A DNA stretch of 64,000 bases, from the NCBI GenBank assembly GCA_965153455.1, contig OZ234494.1:9610001-9674000 (forward strand), written 5' to 3'. Both the position numbers and the translations under genes were made by a program. The notes below the pieces were generated by a model that saw only the letters and a list, made by a program, of their open reading frames with translations, had not been told where the DNA came from and did no database searches. The DNA comes from Sphagnum compactum (Eukaryota). Shown piece after piece: positions 26,200 through 40,357 of this stretch (within the stretch, counting starts at the first letter, position 1; each line of letters begins with the position of its first letter).

Positions 26200-29100
26200 C
26201 TTTGAAAGTTTGGTCAAGTTTCAAAGGATACAACAACATCAAGAATCATGATGCATGAATCATTGTACCACTTGTTCTCATGAAAAATTTCTACTAAAAC
26301 AAGTTCACAACCATAGGTAGATGCACCCCAAGCCTATCATTACAGAGGCTAAACTTAAGGAACTTCAAAGTGGAAAAACATCTTTCAAACTCCACACCGC
26401 CTAAAACAAGGATGCTATCAATCTCAACAAGCTTGAAATACTCAAGTAGATTACGACACAATATTTTGGAGCTTGATATTGTACGCCATAATCGAGTCAA
26501 GAGGAAGCTGCATAGCAACAATTACTTGGTTTTTCATAGTCATTTTGAAAAAACCTTGTTGAATGTAAAGTGTTAAAACTGACAACATTTCAGGCATGTT
26601 AACTTCCTCATCACCTGATTCCATAACACAGACCACACGAGAACCTACATAATGCTACTTCAAAATTGCAAGATGTTTTTAGAAGGATGCCTCAACCCTT
26701 TTTGAAATCAGTACTTTGGGTAAATGATGCCAAATGCATCAAGTACTTCATGAAAAGGAATCTACTTTCCAACTGAAACAAGAAAGTTTTCACAATCTCT
26801 ACCACAATGTAGCCATCACACACATCACACTAATGAAAAACTTAAGGATATAAACATACATAATGTGATTTACCAATGAAAACTATTTGCATAACTAAAC
26901 CAATTAGTGACCACCTAAACCTTCAAATAACATTATAAACCCAAAAGATCATAATACAAACTTAAAAGCTCACTAGTCATATTCCAAACTTGAAACAAAT
27001 GGATGGGCTTTTAGGTTATAAAAATGGAAAGATAGGTCTCCAACTTAAAGGATGGGCCTCCAATGAAACCAAAATCACAAATGAAAAGAAAGATAGCTTG
27101 CAAGCCTTGATGTGCACAACTCAAGATTTAACATAAAATGATTTCAAGCATTGAATTGACACAAAAACTTTCAAATTGTGCAAAAACCCAAAACTATGGC
27201 AAACTTAAATTTTTTGGATAGGCTTTAAAGGTAGATACATTCTAGAATTAATAAGAACACAAGCCTCCAAGGTTTGATCTGCAAAATTGAAACAAGTAGA
27301 CATATGTGAAAGAAATGAAAAAACAACTAGAAGCAAACCTATGATGGTTGTTTCTACACCATTGGCAAATCGATTTTGGGCATCTTTTGTAACAAAAACT
27401 TTTTCCCCTAACAAGCGATCAATACACCAACAAAGTTTTTGATTGCCATTCAAATTGAAAATGAAATGTTCAAAATAAGAAAAAGGTAGTTGCTACCATT
27501 ACAAAGTGATGCTTTCATGAACACAATCGAGCAAGGAATGACATTCCTTGAATGCATCCACTTGAAACTTTGTGCAAGATCAACAAACTGAAAATACAAC
27601 TATCCTTGACAAATTTTCATTGCACTCACAAAGTTGCAAAAAAAAATGTTATTGTGTTGAGAAAATTTGATCAAGTTATGCACAGATTCCAAGAACGAAA
27701 AGATACAAAATAAGGACAATAACATGTCCAAATCAACAAGGTTTGTTGTAGCTTAAGAGTTTGCATCCATGTTTAGGGCCATCTTCATCAACAAGGTCTT
27801 ATATTTTGCCATCACCCACTTGGTTGGGCTAAGCATAAAAATCCATCTTGTTTTCATATTTCTTAATAATTTCAAACCTTTAGTTTCCATGTTGTTAACC
27901 AATTTTGTGAATTCCAAGCGGTGTTTGGACTTTTGCAAAAGTACTTATACAAGGATTGGAGTAGTGTTTCCATTCAATGCATTAAAGGAAAAGAAGACAA
28001 TGTCTGCACAACCAAGTTTGTTCTATGAAAGACACAATGCACCCCCAAGCTAAATGGGGCACATGTTTTTCAAATTTGTTTTGTCACACTTAACTTAACA
28101 CCTTGGAAAACATTAATGCCATCTAAACCAAATGCAACAAGCTTTGTTGCAATGTCAGTTCAACCTAAACCTCCTTCTTACAACAAAGATCCCACCACAC
28201 ATTTCATTAAATTTTCTACATTTGATCCACCAATGACTTGGGCCATGGACAGAAGTAGTAGTGTACGCACCCAATTGTCCAACACATACACATGTACCAA
28301 CAACAATTGTTGGTCGTTGATAGAAGTCACCTCATCACAATTAATTGAAAGGAATGAAGCTCCAACAATAGTTGGTTTTTAAGGCTTCCAAAACATGGTA
28401 ATGAATATGTTCCCCCATCACCCACCCAGAAGCAGTCCAATGATTTTTAGGCAAATTTTTTACTTTCAAAAATTCAAATAAAGGTTTCAAATAATCATAC
28501 TCAACCATGGGTCGACCATTTTCCAAAACATAAAAAAGAGTGGTGAACTAGACAATCTTGCGTCAATTCTCCCCAACATCAACATTACCAACTTGTTACA
28601 AAACAAACAAAGGTTATTGAGCGCTGAACAAAGCAAGATTTTGGACATGTTTATTGTTCTTGTCATAGTATATCCCATTGTCCTTCAACCCTTTGCTAGG
28701 AATGCCATAATATACTTGTTGTTTCCCCATGTGTTTTTCAAGATTATCACGTTTAGGCACAATGTGTTTAACTTGACTTGTAATTGTTTCACACACTGTG
28801 TAGTTGACAGATACCAACATATTATCAACCATTTTAGATTTTTCCCAAGAAAATTGAGTTGCCCAACTATCTTGCCATTTTGGACCAGCATCATAGTTCT
28901 TGTGTTTTTTGTTGGCTAGAAGTTTGACATTAATGTTTGTTTGTGTGGAGTCAGATTCCAAGTTGATTAGCGTTTCAAGTGAACTCACACCACTTGCTTA
29001 CATTCAGTTTGATGAAATGATGATGGTTGCTTTGAGTGAGCCTTCTGGTGGAAGAAGTGCATAACTATTGGATGAGATCAAGCTTGGATTGAGCACAATT

Positions 29101-29200
29101 TTCCCACCATTTGTTGCATTGTGACTACCAAATAATGCTTTCACTTTGAAATTTGCCAGCAGCTTCAATGGAGCCATGAAATTGACAAAGAACTTTGTTG
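26200..29200 (-). mobile_element. Decayed hAT-superfamily (ZNF862-like) transposase pseudogene
   Basis: Ordered fragments KWQDSWATQFSW...PKRDNLEKHMGK, GRPMVEYDYLKPLFEFLKV...HWTASGW, CDEVTS, KLLRNMKTRWIFML, and a C-terminal dimerisation-like VLGGVEFERCFSTLKFLK. Many stops and frameshifts; termini not found. Confidence 0.8.
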
Positions 29201-32200
29201 GCACACCTAAAAACTTTGTAATGCACACTATGCACCCAAAAGAAACATTGCCACAAAACACTAGTAGCAAACACTACAATTTGTTTAACAAATTATAGAA
29301 CCACCCTCAAGGGTAAGACTTTAAAAACTTGAATGTGCATAGTATACAATGTTGAATCATTGATCTTATTTCTTGAGTGCAATGTTATGGACATTAATGA
29401 CTAGTCCACTGACTGCATAGTGCACATCAAATTTCCAAAGATTATAACATCATCGAATGACTATTGTGACCTTCTAAATTTTAACGTTACTATTACAACT
29501 TAATCATGATTCTCAAGCAACTGCCATCTTTAGATTCATCAAAAGCATTAATGGGTGAATTAAAGCCTCAAGTTAATCAAAGCTTCATTATCCAACCTTC
29601 AAGTTGAAACTTGACAAGCACTTGTCATAACCATAATTACACAACATCACAACTTATAATGACGATGTACCTCTACACTTTAAAGGGTACACATTTTTTA
29701 CAATAGTTACTAGTAAATAAGTAATATGTATTTAGTACTTACACTTTTACAACTTACAATGTACAAATTTACAACATTATAATTTACTAGGGTAAATATT
29801 GAGTACTATGTAGTAGTACTATTTACTAAGGTTACAACCTACAAGTAGTTAATGGTAAGGTAGGTAGCTAAAATTAAAAAGCCAAGATGGCTTTTTGGCT
29901 CAAACCTTTACATTTATGTTTAAGACTACTCACTCTATTCTAAAACTTTAGTTGTAGACTTGTTGGTTAATATCTCAACCTCAAGGTAATTATTTTGACA
30001 ACATAAAAGGCCAAGATGTCACAACCTTGTGAAAATTGGAGGGCTAAAATAGAATCTAGACTACATGGTCCATAACCATAGAGCAAGCTCATGCTATTCC
30101 CATCATGGTGGGTGGAGTGATTGGGCTATCACATGGCCATGGACATATTATTCTGGCTATTCGGAAGCTTCTTTCCCCCGCTTTTTCCCTTGTACTTGGA
30201 GTATGACCTCTTTTTTTGGTAGAAAGCTAGTGATATTTAGCTAGAAAAAAAAAGTTGGTCATAACCACTAATCTTTGTTGAGATAAGCATCAGCCTTTTT
30301 TTATTGGTGAAATTTCATTAAAAAGCGAAATATTAAAAAATATAAAAAATCAAGTGATTTTGGAGTTTTCCAATTGCAAGAAGTGAGAAAAAGGTAATAA
30401 AAATCACCAGATTTTTATATATACTTTTCAATGTGTAGCCAAAATATGGAGAAACCTTCTTCTCAGGTCCACCTAGGTGTTGGTGCAATCCTTAGCCATC
30501 ATACAACTAGCACTTACACTGGTACCTTGACCTTGAGTGTGATCACTAGACCTTAGCTAATAGCTTGAGAACTAGACCTACGTATGCCGTTCAACCCTAC
30601 TCAGGTATCAACTTTTTGAAATTTTTTAAAAACACGTAATTATCAAGGGCTAGTTTTCAATCTGAATGTGAGAATTGATGGGTTGGTTATTGATCCAGGT
30701 ATCACCTAATGTGATGATACTAGAGGATTTTCAATGAGAGAAACCAGATGATTTTTGTGGATTTTGTTTTAGGGGCTGATTTTTGTAAATTTTGTTTTGA
30801 GGCCAGGGATGATGCCATGCATAGGACTGCCTGGTTTGTTACAAGGTTTCACTAATGTTGACTTTAGGTATAGGGTAGATAAAAGCATAACATTGCTTTT
30901 ACTTAGTGCCTAGAAGTAGGCTAATAGTAGATATCCTCAGTCTTTTCCCAGAAATAGCATGATATTTTTAAAAAATCTTTCCAAGTAGAACTGCACATAA
31001 TCAAGCAAAACTATGTAAAGTGGAAAAAAACAAGTCCAAGAAAAAAGCTCATTAGGGGAATTTAGGATCCTCCAGGGAAGAGGGTGAAACTAGTGAGTTG
31101 GCATCTAGATGCTAGATGAGTTTTAATTACAAAATAAATTTAAAAAAAATTGGACTACACCAAAAGGTGGTGACATGACTTTGATTTTCTTTTTCTTCTT
31201 TTTGCTAATGGTGTGACATGCACTCAACACCCTCACACTTTTACACCATAGGCTTTGCCCAAAGTTGAATTTTCACAACTTATAAAGTTGAATTAAAAGG
31301 AATCTATATCATGAGTCTATTTTGGGAATATTCAAGCTAATCAAAGTGACTTCTTGTCAGAAAAAAATGAACTTTGGGCGATACCCCACAATTAATTAAT
31401 AGAGCTAAATATTAAATGTATGCATATAACACTGTTTTTCTTCATTGGAAATTCCTTGAGTGTTTTTTTTTTTTTTTTTTTGAGTAAAGTGAGAGAGGAT
31501 TCCCCAAAATCTATTTATCAATGAAAACGCAATGGACATAATCTATGACCCCGCTTTTCTTCTCTCAGGAGAGACTGGAAGCAACCTTTGCAAGGGAGAA
31601 ACAAGACAAACAAGGTCAGAAAACTTTTTCCCTTCTTTCTTTCTCTGCTCCAGTTTCTATTCTGCACAACAGAGCTGTACTGGCCAACAGCAGCAGAATG
31701 AGGGCAAAGACTTGCAATGCAATAGAATAATGAACTGACTTGACTGCAGTGGATAGAGTTCAATCAAGAGGATGATCATATTGAGGCATGATCTCTTCAT
31801 TCTTTAACAATAAAGGTGGCCATGAGCTTCACAGTACGTAAACCCTGCGTGAAAAGGGGTTGCCCACAAAATCAGAGGAAAAATTTCTCTTGATTAATAT
31901 GGCCTCAAAATACACAATAAAAATCTCCCATGGGTTTTAGGTTTTAATTTTTTGCCTGAGGAGGTCACAATGTTGAACAAATATAGAGAAATTGGAAATG
32001 TGAATTGTGTTGAAAGATGATGGGGAATATGTGTGTGTGTGTGTGTGTGTTAAATATATGAATGGATTCTTTGAGAAAACTATAAAATAATGGAGAATTT
32101 GAAATTGAATACTTTATCTCATGAAAATTAAGTCACCCTCCTTTGGGAGCATGCATGGGATAAGGAACTTATTTCTAGCCCATCTCTCTTTGACGCTTTG

Positions 32201-32499
32201 AGATATTGCATGTTTTGGCCATAGTGGATAAGCTAATTATGGACAAAGAGGGGTCAAAGGCCTTTTATTGGAGGGAGGAGCTGTCCCTAAAATCAACAAA
32301 AACTGAAAATGAAATGATAAAAAATTAATAATAATAATGCTTTCAGTAAGTAACCACAAATTTGAAAATGATAATTAAAATATTTGTGTTTCATATCTGG
32401 CTAAAATTTTCCTGCACATGGTGGTCACTTTCTCTACACCTTCTTGCGGATCATCAATCAAACATCCATGGAATCCAAATATTCTTTGAAAAAGTGTGA

Positions 32500-33400
32500 T
32501 CTAGATTGTGAGAAGTGTCCTCACTAATAATGACTTGTAGAACTTCAAATTTGGCACCCAACCCTCACAACCATTGGAAGAGTACTTCCTTATTGTGAAT
32601 TTGTTCATTTTGAATGCTTGTTGCTAGAAACATTAGTTATATCAAGCCTAGATATGAATTGTTGTGTCATGTCCTTCATATAGTAGTCCAAAACCATAGA
32701 AAGTTTGAGAAGAATGCTATCCATGCTAGAAGGTCTTTTGAGCATGGACATAATATTCTAGTGAAGATGTAAGAGAATTCGTTGTATAAATAATTGTACA
32801 ACTTGTGGACTGAATAAATGCAACATCTATGTTTCGAATGTGATGATATGGTCAAATGGTTTTCTAAAATACTTTCAGATTCAATTGTCATATAATAAGA
32901 AGGGGTGAAATCCAATAGGGTTAAATTTTCAACAATTTTCAAGAGCGTAAAATATGTTGGTCTAGGTGTGATTGCTTCTTGAATATGAAGTATTATATTT
33001 CATGCAATTGTGACTCCTAATTTGTGCCCAATGACGGCATATGCCAAAACAATAGGAAAAGATACTTTATAGTAATAAGCACTGAATGTGTATTTATATT
33101 GAAACATATGATTTTTAAAGAGCAAGATTGTAAAGTTGCTTATTATTTTTACTTCAATGCTTGTGACTTTTTTTCACATTTTTGTATGTAATAGATGTGA
33201 CAACAATAGTTGCACTATTTATAATTCCTCATCTATATTTACATTTTCTGTGAAGATGACTAGTGCACCAATTGTGACATCATTTGTGTGGTTTAATGTC
33301 ATATCATGTAGCTAATGTTGAACATTTGTTGCATTGGTGTCCATATTGACATGTAAAATTTCAAAGTTTGAAATATTTTTTCTAAGAATGATGTTGTTGT
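32500..33400 (-). mobile_element. Possible heavily decayed MULE transposase relic
   Basis: AYAVIGHKLGV..., then FTPSYYMT(x)ESES...HRCCIYSVHK, resembling the MULE PxxxMTD...CxxH region. Confidence 0.35.
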
Positions 33401-35681
33401 GTTGGGAGCAAATTAAGAATGGTGGCTTTTTCTTTAGGTTTTTATTTAATGTTACATTTCTTTTTCTTCACCTTGTCATAAATTAAAATTATGACAAACT
33501 ATGGTTTTTTGGGTGTTTTTTTGGTTTAAAACTTGGTTTGATTAATAAATATGTTTCTATTTGGCCACAAATACCAAAAAGTAACATAAATTCATTTGGA
33601 AATTAAAATGCTTATTTAATGACATTTGAAACACGCCCTAGGGCAAGGTATGTGTGTTGAGAATACAATTCATTGGCCAAATAGTTGGAGGGTGAAGAAA
33701 ATAGTAGGCTTGCTAGTTTTCTGGTTTATGGAGTTTTCTTACAATGTAATATTTCAATGCCAGCACACCTGATTTTGTTTGAAGAAACAAATGACCTAGT
33801 GTTGACATTAATGATCATCTTCCAAATGATCCTAGGTATTGCACTACCATACATTAAAAATCATTGACACTAAAGATATCCGTCAAGTCAGGCGATCAGG
33901 CAATTTTGGTAGTAAACTGAGTTTCATCCCCTCTTTCCTTTTTCCTGAGGGCCTGCACTTCTGCTACATATAGTTTCACTGCTCCTACCTATACAACTAC
34001 TATAATTACTCTCGAACCTTGTGCATTAAATGCTGGGTTTCAGCATTTGATACTGAGATTTAATCAAATTTCCTTATTTTGCGGATGCCACTCAAAGAGG
34101 GGATAGGGGGTGAAAGAGAGGGTGACTTTACAGATAACTTTACTAGTTGAGAAAGAAACCATAGTAAGGTCAGTGTCATTCGAAACTTCTGGGAACTGGG
34201 TAATGAAAAAGAAATGAGCAAGCATAACTTATAGGACTGTGCTCTATAGGTTAGACTTGTCCACCATTGAAAGGATTGAAGCAAGTAGTTCTAAATTTTA
34301 ATTTCAAACTTTGACCTAACAACAATTATAATGGTTTAAAGTACAAGAAACTTTGAAAATAGTAGATGGGTTGAGTCTTCATTAATTCTAAAAAAGTCTG
34401 AAATTGACGGAAACGTATTATATTGATTTGGCAAGAAAAATAATTTAAAAGGGGAAAAATTTGTCCATACCCAAGTCACGTATGGAGGTGATAATGCAAG
34501 ATTGTTACATGCCACTTCCCACTAAATATTAATGACTTTGATGTTTAGGAGGAATTTATTAATTCTCAATAATTTCATAAACATAACATTGACAAAAATA
34601 ATGTAGATTTGTCAACTTTGATAAAATGTTTCGATGAATATTTTTATCAAAGTTGAAAATTCTACATTATTTTAATTCAAAGTCTACATGTATTTTTATC
34701 AAAGACTTGTGAACTTTAATTATAATTTAAGATTCATGTTTCAAAATATAAATAATGTCTTATTTCATAGGCCATTAAGTTTTAAAATATGGTAGTTGAA
34801 TGAAAAGGTGAAATAAAAATGCACTTGAATGTGAATCATGCACTCTTAAATAATAACATGCGCAAAGGAATCTTAAAGTTTTCAAAACCTTGGTGTAATA
34901 CATATATGTTGATAATAGGTTGAAAGACATGTGATTTATGATTAACATGCAATGGATTTCAACCAAGATATTAAAATTTTGAATAAAGTACAATTTGAAA
35001 TCAAGAACCAAACTTTGAATATGTTTTAAGTACATAAAAAATGGGAAAATTTTATAATTAAGAAAATTAAAAATCATTGTGATCAACTTTTATGGTTTTT
35101 TGCCCTTTTAAATTTGCACCCAATTTGCAAGCGTTGGTGTATTGCCCCCAAACTAGACATGATTATTTTATTTTACGCCTTTTTTGTTGATTTTTTTGCT
35201 TTCATTTTCCTTCTTGTAAAGCTTGTATGACAATAAGTCATTCATATTCCCATGGATTCAATTCAACTAATGACACACATTGAAAGAAAATTGTAACCCT
35301 TACAAGATATTCATGGGATGTAAAAATCACCAATGATTTGATAAATTCTCAATATTTTCAATATTTTTCAAATATATTTTATTAATGTAATACGATGATA
35401 GTTTCAACATATGATTGTACGATAATTAATGAAATTTGAAAATTTCATGCCAAGAATAAATATTTTTGAATATTCCAAAAGATTATGTATTTTCCTTCAA
35501 TTTTTTTAACAAGTAAAATATTACAACATTTTTACAAATAATGTAATTAATGGAAAAGATGCCAAGGTATGATGGTAGTAAATAAATTATAAATATGGAA
35601 ATCACATTCATGTATAATAAATTATGAAATAAACAAGATGACCTTTTTTCTAGTAGGTCATGTTTGCATAAAGGACAAGGA

Positions 35682-36312
35682 TCAGCAAATATATTAATTC
35701 AGTAAGTCTCTCTGTCTGTGACGGAGGTTTTGGGGGTTGGGGGAGGGATGTCACCCGGTGAAGCAGCGGGTGACAGGGACAGAGGTTTTGGAGGGTGGGT
35801 GGAGGGAGGGGGGGGGGAGAGGAAGGGGATTTTTTTGGCCAGATGTGTTTGGTGTGGAGAGTGGACTGTCCACTGTTCAATTTCCACTTGGACAGTAGAT
35901 AGTCACCCTTTCCATGCATGTTTTGTCAAATGTTGTCCTCCTTTCACCCCATTTAAGCCGGATGACAGGATGGATGAAATGTCCATCCGGTAATAGACGG
36001 ATGACGGGATGCATGAAATGTCCGTCCGGCTTAATTAGACGGATGACAGGATGGATGAAATGTTCGTCCGGCTAAAATGGATGAAATGTCTGGAATCCAT
36101 CTAGCACGGGGGGGGGCCAGCACGGGGCGGGAAGTTAATTATATATAACAAGGGAACGGGGGGGGCGGGGGGGGGATCAACGGGTTAAAGAATCGGAGTG
36201 GAAAATGTGAAGGACGGGGGGGGGTCGACGGGGTAAAGAACCGGAGTGGGCAATGGGAAGGACCGGGCGGGGGGGAGCTCGACGGGTGCATTATGCACCG
36301 GGTACACACTAG
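35682..36312 (+). mobile_element. Small non-autonomous Helitron with internal tandem repeats and G-runs
   Basis: 3' hairpin GGTGCATTATGCACC (36285-36299) followed by CTAG|T at 36309-36313; candidate A|TC 5' end at 35681-35683. GC-rich island in AT-rich DNA, with 3-4 copies of GGATGACAGGATGGATGAAATGTCC at about 35960-36090. Confidence 0.75.
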
Positions 36313-38599
36313 TAAGTTTAAAAGGACATAAAAATCATTTGATCTCATCAAGTCGTGTTTGTTTTATGGCAACATTTCCATCTTTTGTGCTTTCATGTAA
36401 TGTCAATAACAAATTATAATGGTTCCCATAAGTTTCAAGGGTATTTTAGATTCATATAATAGGAAACCACTAATTCTTATATTGTAATTTTATTAGGGTT
36501 TATCATCAGGTAATGACATAATTTGTAATTAGGACAATGTTGGTGATTTGCCCATATAATTTATGAAATTCTAAATTGAAATTTTAATTGAATCCTCAAA
36601 TTTTGTTTGGAAAAGATCACAAATTTAATCAATCATGAATACATTAAAAAATAATTTTTATTGAATAGAAGATTCATGCAAAGATCTTTCTATACATTTG
36701 TGATGAAAAATTTGGATCGTCAAACATGCCACTACCCTAATGAGTTTTAGTAACCATTGATTTTGTCACAAGACATGCACAAAGTTATTTTTATTTATTT
36801 ATTCATATTATGTATGTAATCCTTTATTCAATTTTGTTGAAAATTGATATTATGAGATAACAAAATGTCGATGTGAATTTCAAAGATAATATTATTCACA
36901 AATATACCTCTTTGAGGGTGCAATTTTGTAAACATGTATCAAAGTTATTGAAACCATTAAACTAGAAATGGAATTATTTTATACAATGTTAATTTTGATA
37001 TATTGATATACATATTTTAAAAAATTGAAATCAATTTAATGAATAAAAAAAACCCAAAAACATTTTAAAAACACTTGTAACCATTGTTTTTACTATGTAA
37101 AAAGATTCACACCTAATTTTTTTGGGCAAAATTTTAATTAGACTTTAACATAATAGTATAATTTTTTTAAAAAAAATTTGTAAATATTTAAAAAAAGGCT
37201 TTTCTAAAAGATGCCAATAATAGTTTGAAAATAAACAATGAATTAAAGGGGTGGGTGTGGTTCATGATTGAGTGTTTCCATCCTCAATCATTATTTGATC
37301 ATTTTTCGTTTGTGTTGCATCTTCAAAAAAATTATATTTCATTTCATCTTGTTTAAATACTTTGACAAATATGTGGGTTTGAATGTTTAGGTTTTGTTCC
37401 TTCTCTTTTGAAATATGAATATCCATATCAATTAAAACATGCTCATAAAAGTATAAATGGATTTATATTATTTAGTTCAAATGCTATACAATAATGATGT
37501 GATGCATAAAACTTAATCAATTTATCAAAACACATCAAATAATTTTTAATCCAAAAAAAAAACATAGGAAAAACATTGAGGAGAATAGTATATATTTCAT
37601 TTTTTTGTCCACTAATTCTTTCAATCTAATCTTTTCTTTTCACATAATGCACATGTGATGAGCTGAACATCACTTGTTGTGTAACACTTTAAGTGAGTGC
37701 AAATCACAATGAAAGAGGAAAAGATACGTGCATGCCCAAACATAGGAAAATCATGACAAAAAAAGTTCCATGAAAAATCACAAGATCTATGTGATATTTT
37801 TGTTTTATGTTCAAAACACATTTTCATTGGATCATTATCAAACTCATAAGTTGCTTTCACATTTATTCCCTCTTTCTTTTTGCTCATATAATAATTCCCA
37901 CATAGTATTTACATAATTGCAAAAAATCACACAAATTTATACAATTTAAGATCTATGAAATAAAAAAAGAAGAGATTAGGTACCATGTATGATATCAAAA
38001 TGACTCCATCATAGTTGTTTCCACATGCTAAATGTAACTTGTTTTTCATTCACTTTTAACATTGACATTTGTTCCTTTGTTAACAATCTTTTGAACAATG
38101 TTCGCATATTGACATGAAGCCTAATTAAAAAATACATGTGTTCATATGTTAATGACATGACATGTTGAAATAACTTTGATATAAATGAATTCTAGTCAAA
38201 GGGTAATAACGATATGATGCAATTGCCAATGTGTAACATGCAATAAATCCTCCCTATTTGCATTAAAATTAAAAGCATCGAAAAAACAAGGGAAAAAAAA
38301 GATTTACTTTGTTATAATACTCATTTGTAGCATACCCCACTTCCATTGCATGCCTTGAATTGAATTGAATTGAATTGAATTTCATTAGTTGAACTAAATT
38401 CAATTCCACATTGGATTAAGATTCAATTTAAATGAATTTGAATTCAATTGAAACGAAGTGAGATGCAAATTGGTGGAAAAGGTATTGAATTTTTGCTAGT
38501 GGATATGGTGTTGGAGTTTTTTTTAAAGAACTTAAAATATGACACCTTTCCATGCCTCTTTTCTTGTGAATGGGCTATAGATTTTGGGCTAGAATTTGG

Positions 38600-40080
38600 T
38601 AGGATGAAAAACTATGAAACCTTATAATCATCTTACCTAAACCAATTCCAATGAATAATTGTCACTAGAATTTAAATAATTTAAATGATAATTTCAAGAA
38701 CATAACCAAACCAAGAAAGAGTATTCATTGACCCATTCCTCACAATTTGATTAACTTGGTGATGGTACTCATTATATCAATTGACCCGATCTCAACCACA
38801 CTACTCCTTTTTGGCACACACAATATGGTTTACAACACTAAAAACCATCCATGAAGATTTCATTTGAACAAGTAGGTAAACATACATCTCGTAGAAACTC
38901 TTGTTAGATAAATCTTCTAATTGCAATGAGTAGAAGCCATGTAGAAGAAGAATCACAATAACATGAAGATGACAATTTCAAAATTTATTTAATATGTTAG
39001 ATAGAAGGATGATCCATTACTGAAAATGTGCAACAAAAGTTTTAAGCTTACTTGAATGCCGACCCTCTTTTTGAAGAAAAAATTGCTAGATGCAATTATG
39101 ATCCAACCAAAACTACTTTGTTAGTTCAAATACCAACTTCTCTTTGATTACTACACATAAAATCTTGATGTCAAGTGAAACAACTTGCATCTCCACACAA
39201 CCTTCGTCCAATATTTGATACTTTATCATCCACATCCAAAGATGCATTTCATTGAACTATGGTCTCTTGTAACTACCATCACACCAACAAAATATGACCA
39301 CAACAAACTATAACCATATTAGAGAAAAGAGGTGAAGGTTTTCGATTTTCAACAACTTAAATGACATTTGGAGTTGTGGGCAACATAACTATTGTGAGCC
39401 CTTGAAACTTGAACCTTTAGTCATCACTCATTCACTTCTTTAGAAAAACTTACTATGTACATGAGAACTTATGAAATGCATGCAATTACCTGAATAACGA
39501 CTAGGAGGGTTGGCACATTCAAGAGTGGGAACATAAAGAGAAGCTACAAACATATCCATTAAAGCTCTCAGTGATTATTGTGGTCGTAGGCTAGCACCCA
39601 ATCAAAAATAATCTGAGAAAGGTGGACTACTTCATTTGCTGAAACCTTGGTTGATAAGTACAACATTACCAATTACCACATTCCAATTATCAAGGAACAT
39701 AAGTCTCAAGGCCCAACATATTGCAAAAGAAGGGGAAAAAACCACTAGACTAAGCTGGATGATTAGGTGGTGTTTGATTCAATTCTCTAAGCAATACTTG
39801 CAATTGTAGTTGACTAGTGTATCCTCCATGTCAAATTTGCAATAACACCCCCATGTGCATTGACCAAGTGTGAAAATCTTGTTATTGGCTATCCTCAATC
39901 CAACATATATATATCCTTCAAATCAACCATATAAACATAATACATCTTGAGTAGGTTATGCATTCCAATCTAGTGCACTAGCACATCGATTAGATCTAGG
40001 ATCATTAATGTCCCACAAAGCTTTGTACTTATGTACCCTCCTCCCATTGCATTCGTTGAAATAGATTTCTGTGGTTGCAA
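38600..40080 (-). mobile_element. Decayed MULE-type transposase relic
   Basis: Ordered degenerate motifs GCYCKFD...HH, VAHNSK...PLFSNMVIVCCGHILLV*W*LQE and EYHHQV, across many stops. Confidence 0.4.
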
Positions 40081-40261
40081 GAAGTTCAAGATACAAAGAG
40101 ACATGCATATTAAAATAAAGAAATTAGTGCAAAACAAACTATAACACCTGAACGACGAGTGATCGAGTGACCAAATTATTTGGAAGCTTTGACCTCACAA
40201 AGCTGCAAAAGGGGAATAAGAAAAGGAACATGATCCTGCATAGATGACAAATGGGCTTGGA

Positions 40262-40357
40262 CCTAGATTGACCTCTATGTGGTTGCATTGATAGCAGCAT
40301 GTCCTCCATAGTGAGCCGTGCATCTCCACCACATTTCTGCTACCTGCCCTTCTGATG
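40262..40357 (-). pseudogene. Isolated sirtuin (Sir2 / CobB-SIRT5-like) coding fragment
   Basis: HQ(K/R), 1-nt frameshift, then AGSRNVVEMHGSLWRTCCYQCNHIE. This is the sirtuin HxxAG...E(L/M)HG motif with the catalytic His plus the first Zn-binding CxxC. The rest of the gene is not seen. Confidence 0.75.

Noticed and set aside
31545-31840. Short AG/GT-bounded exon-like pieces
   Set aside because: No recognisable protein, in-frame stops, and no coherent gene model.
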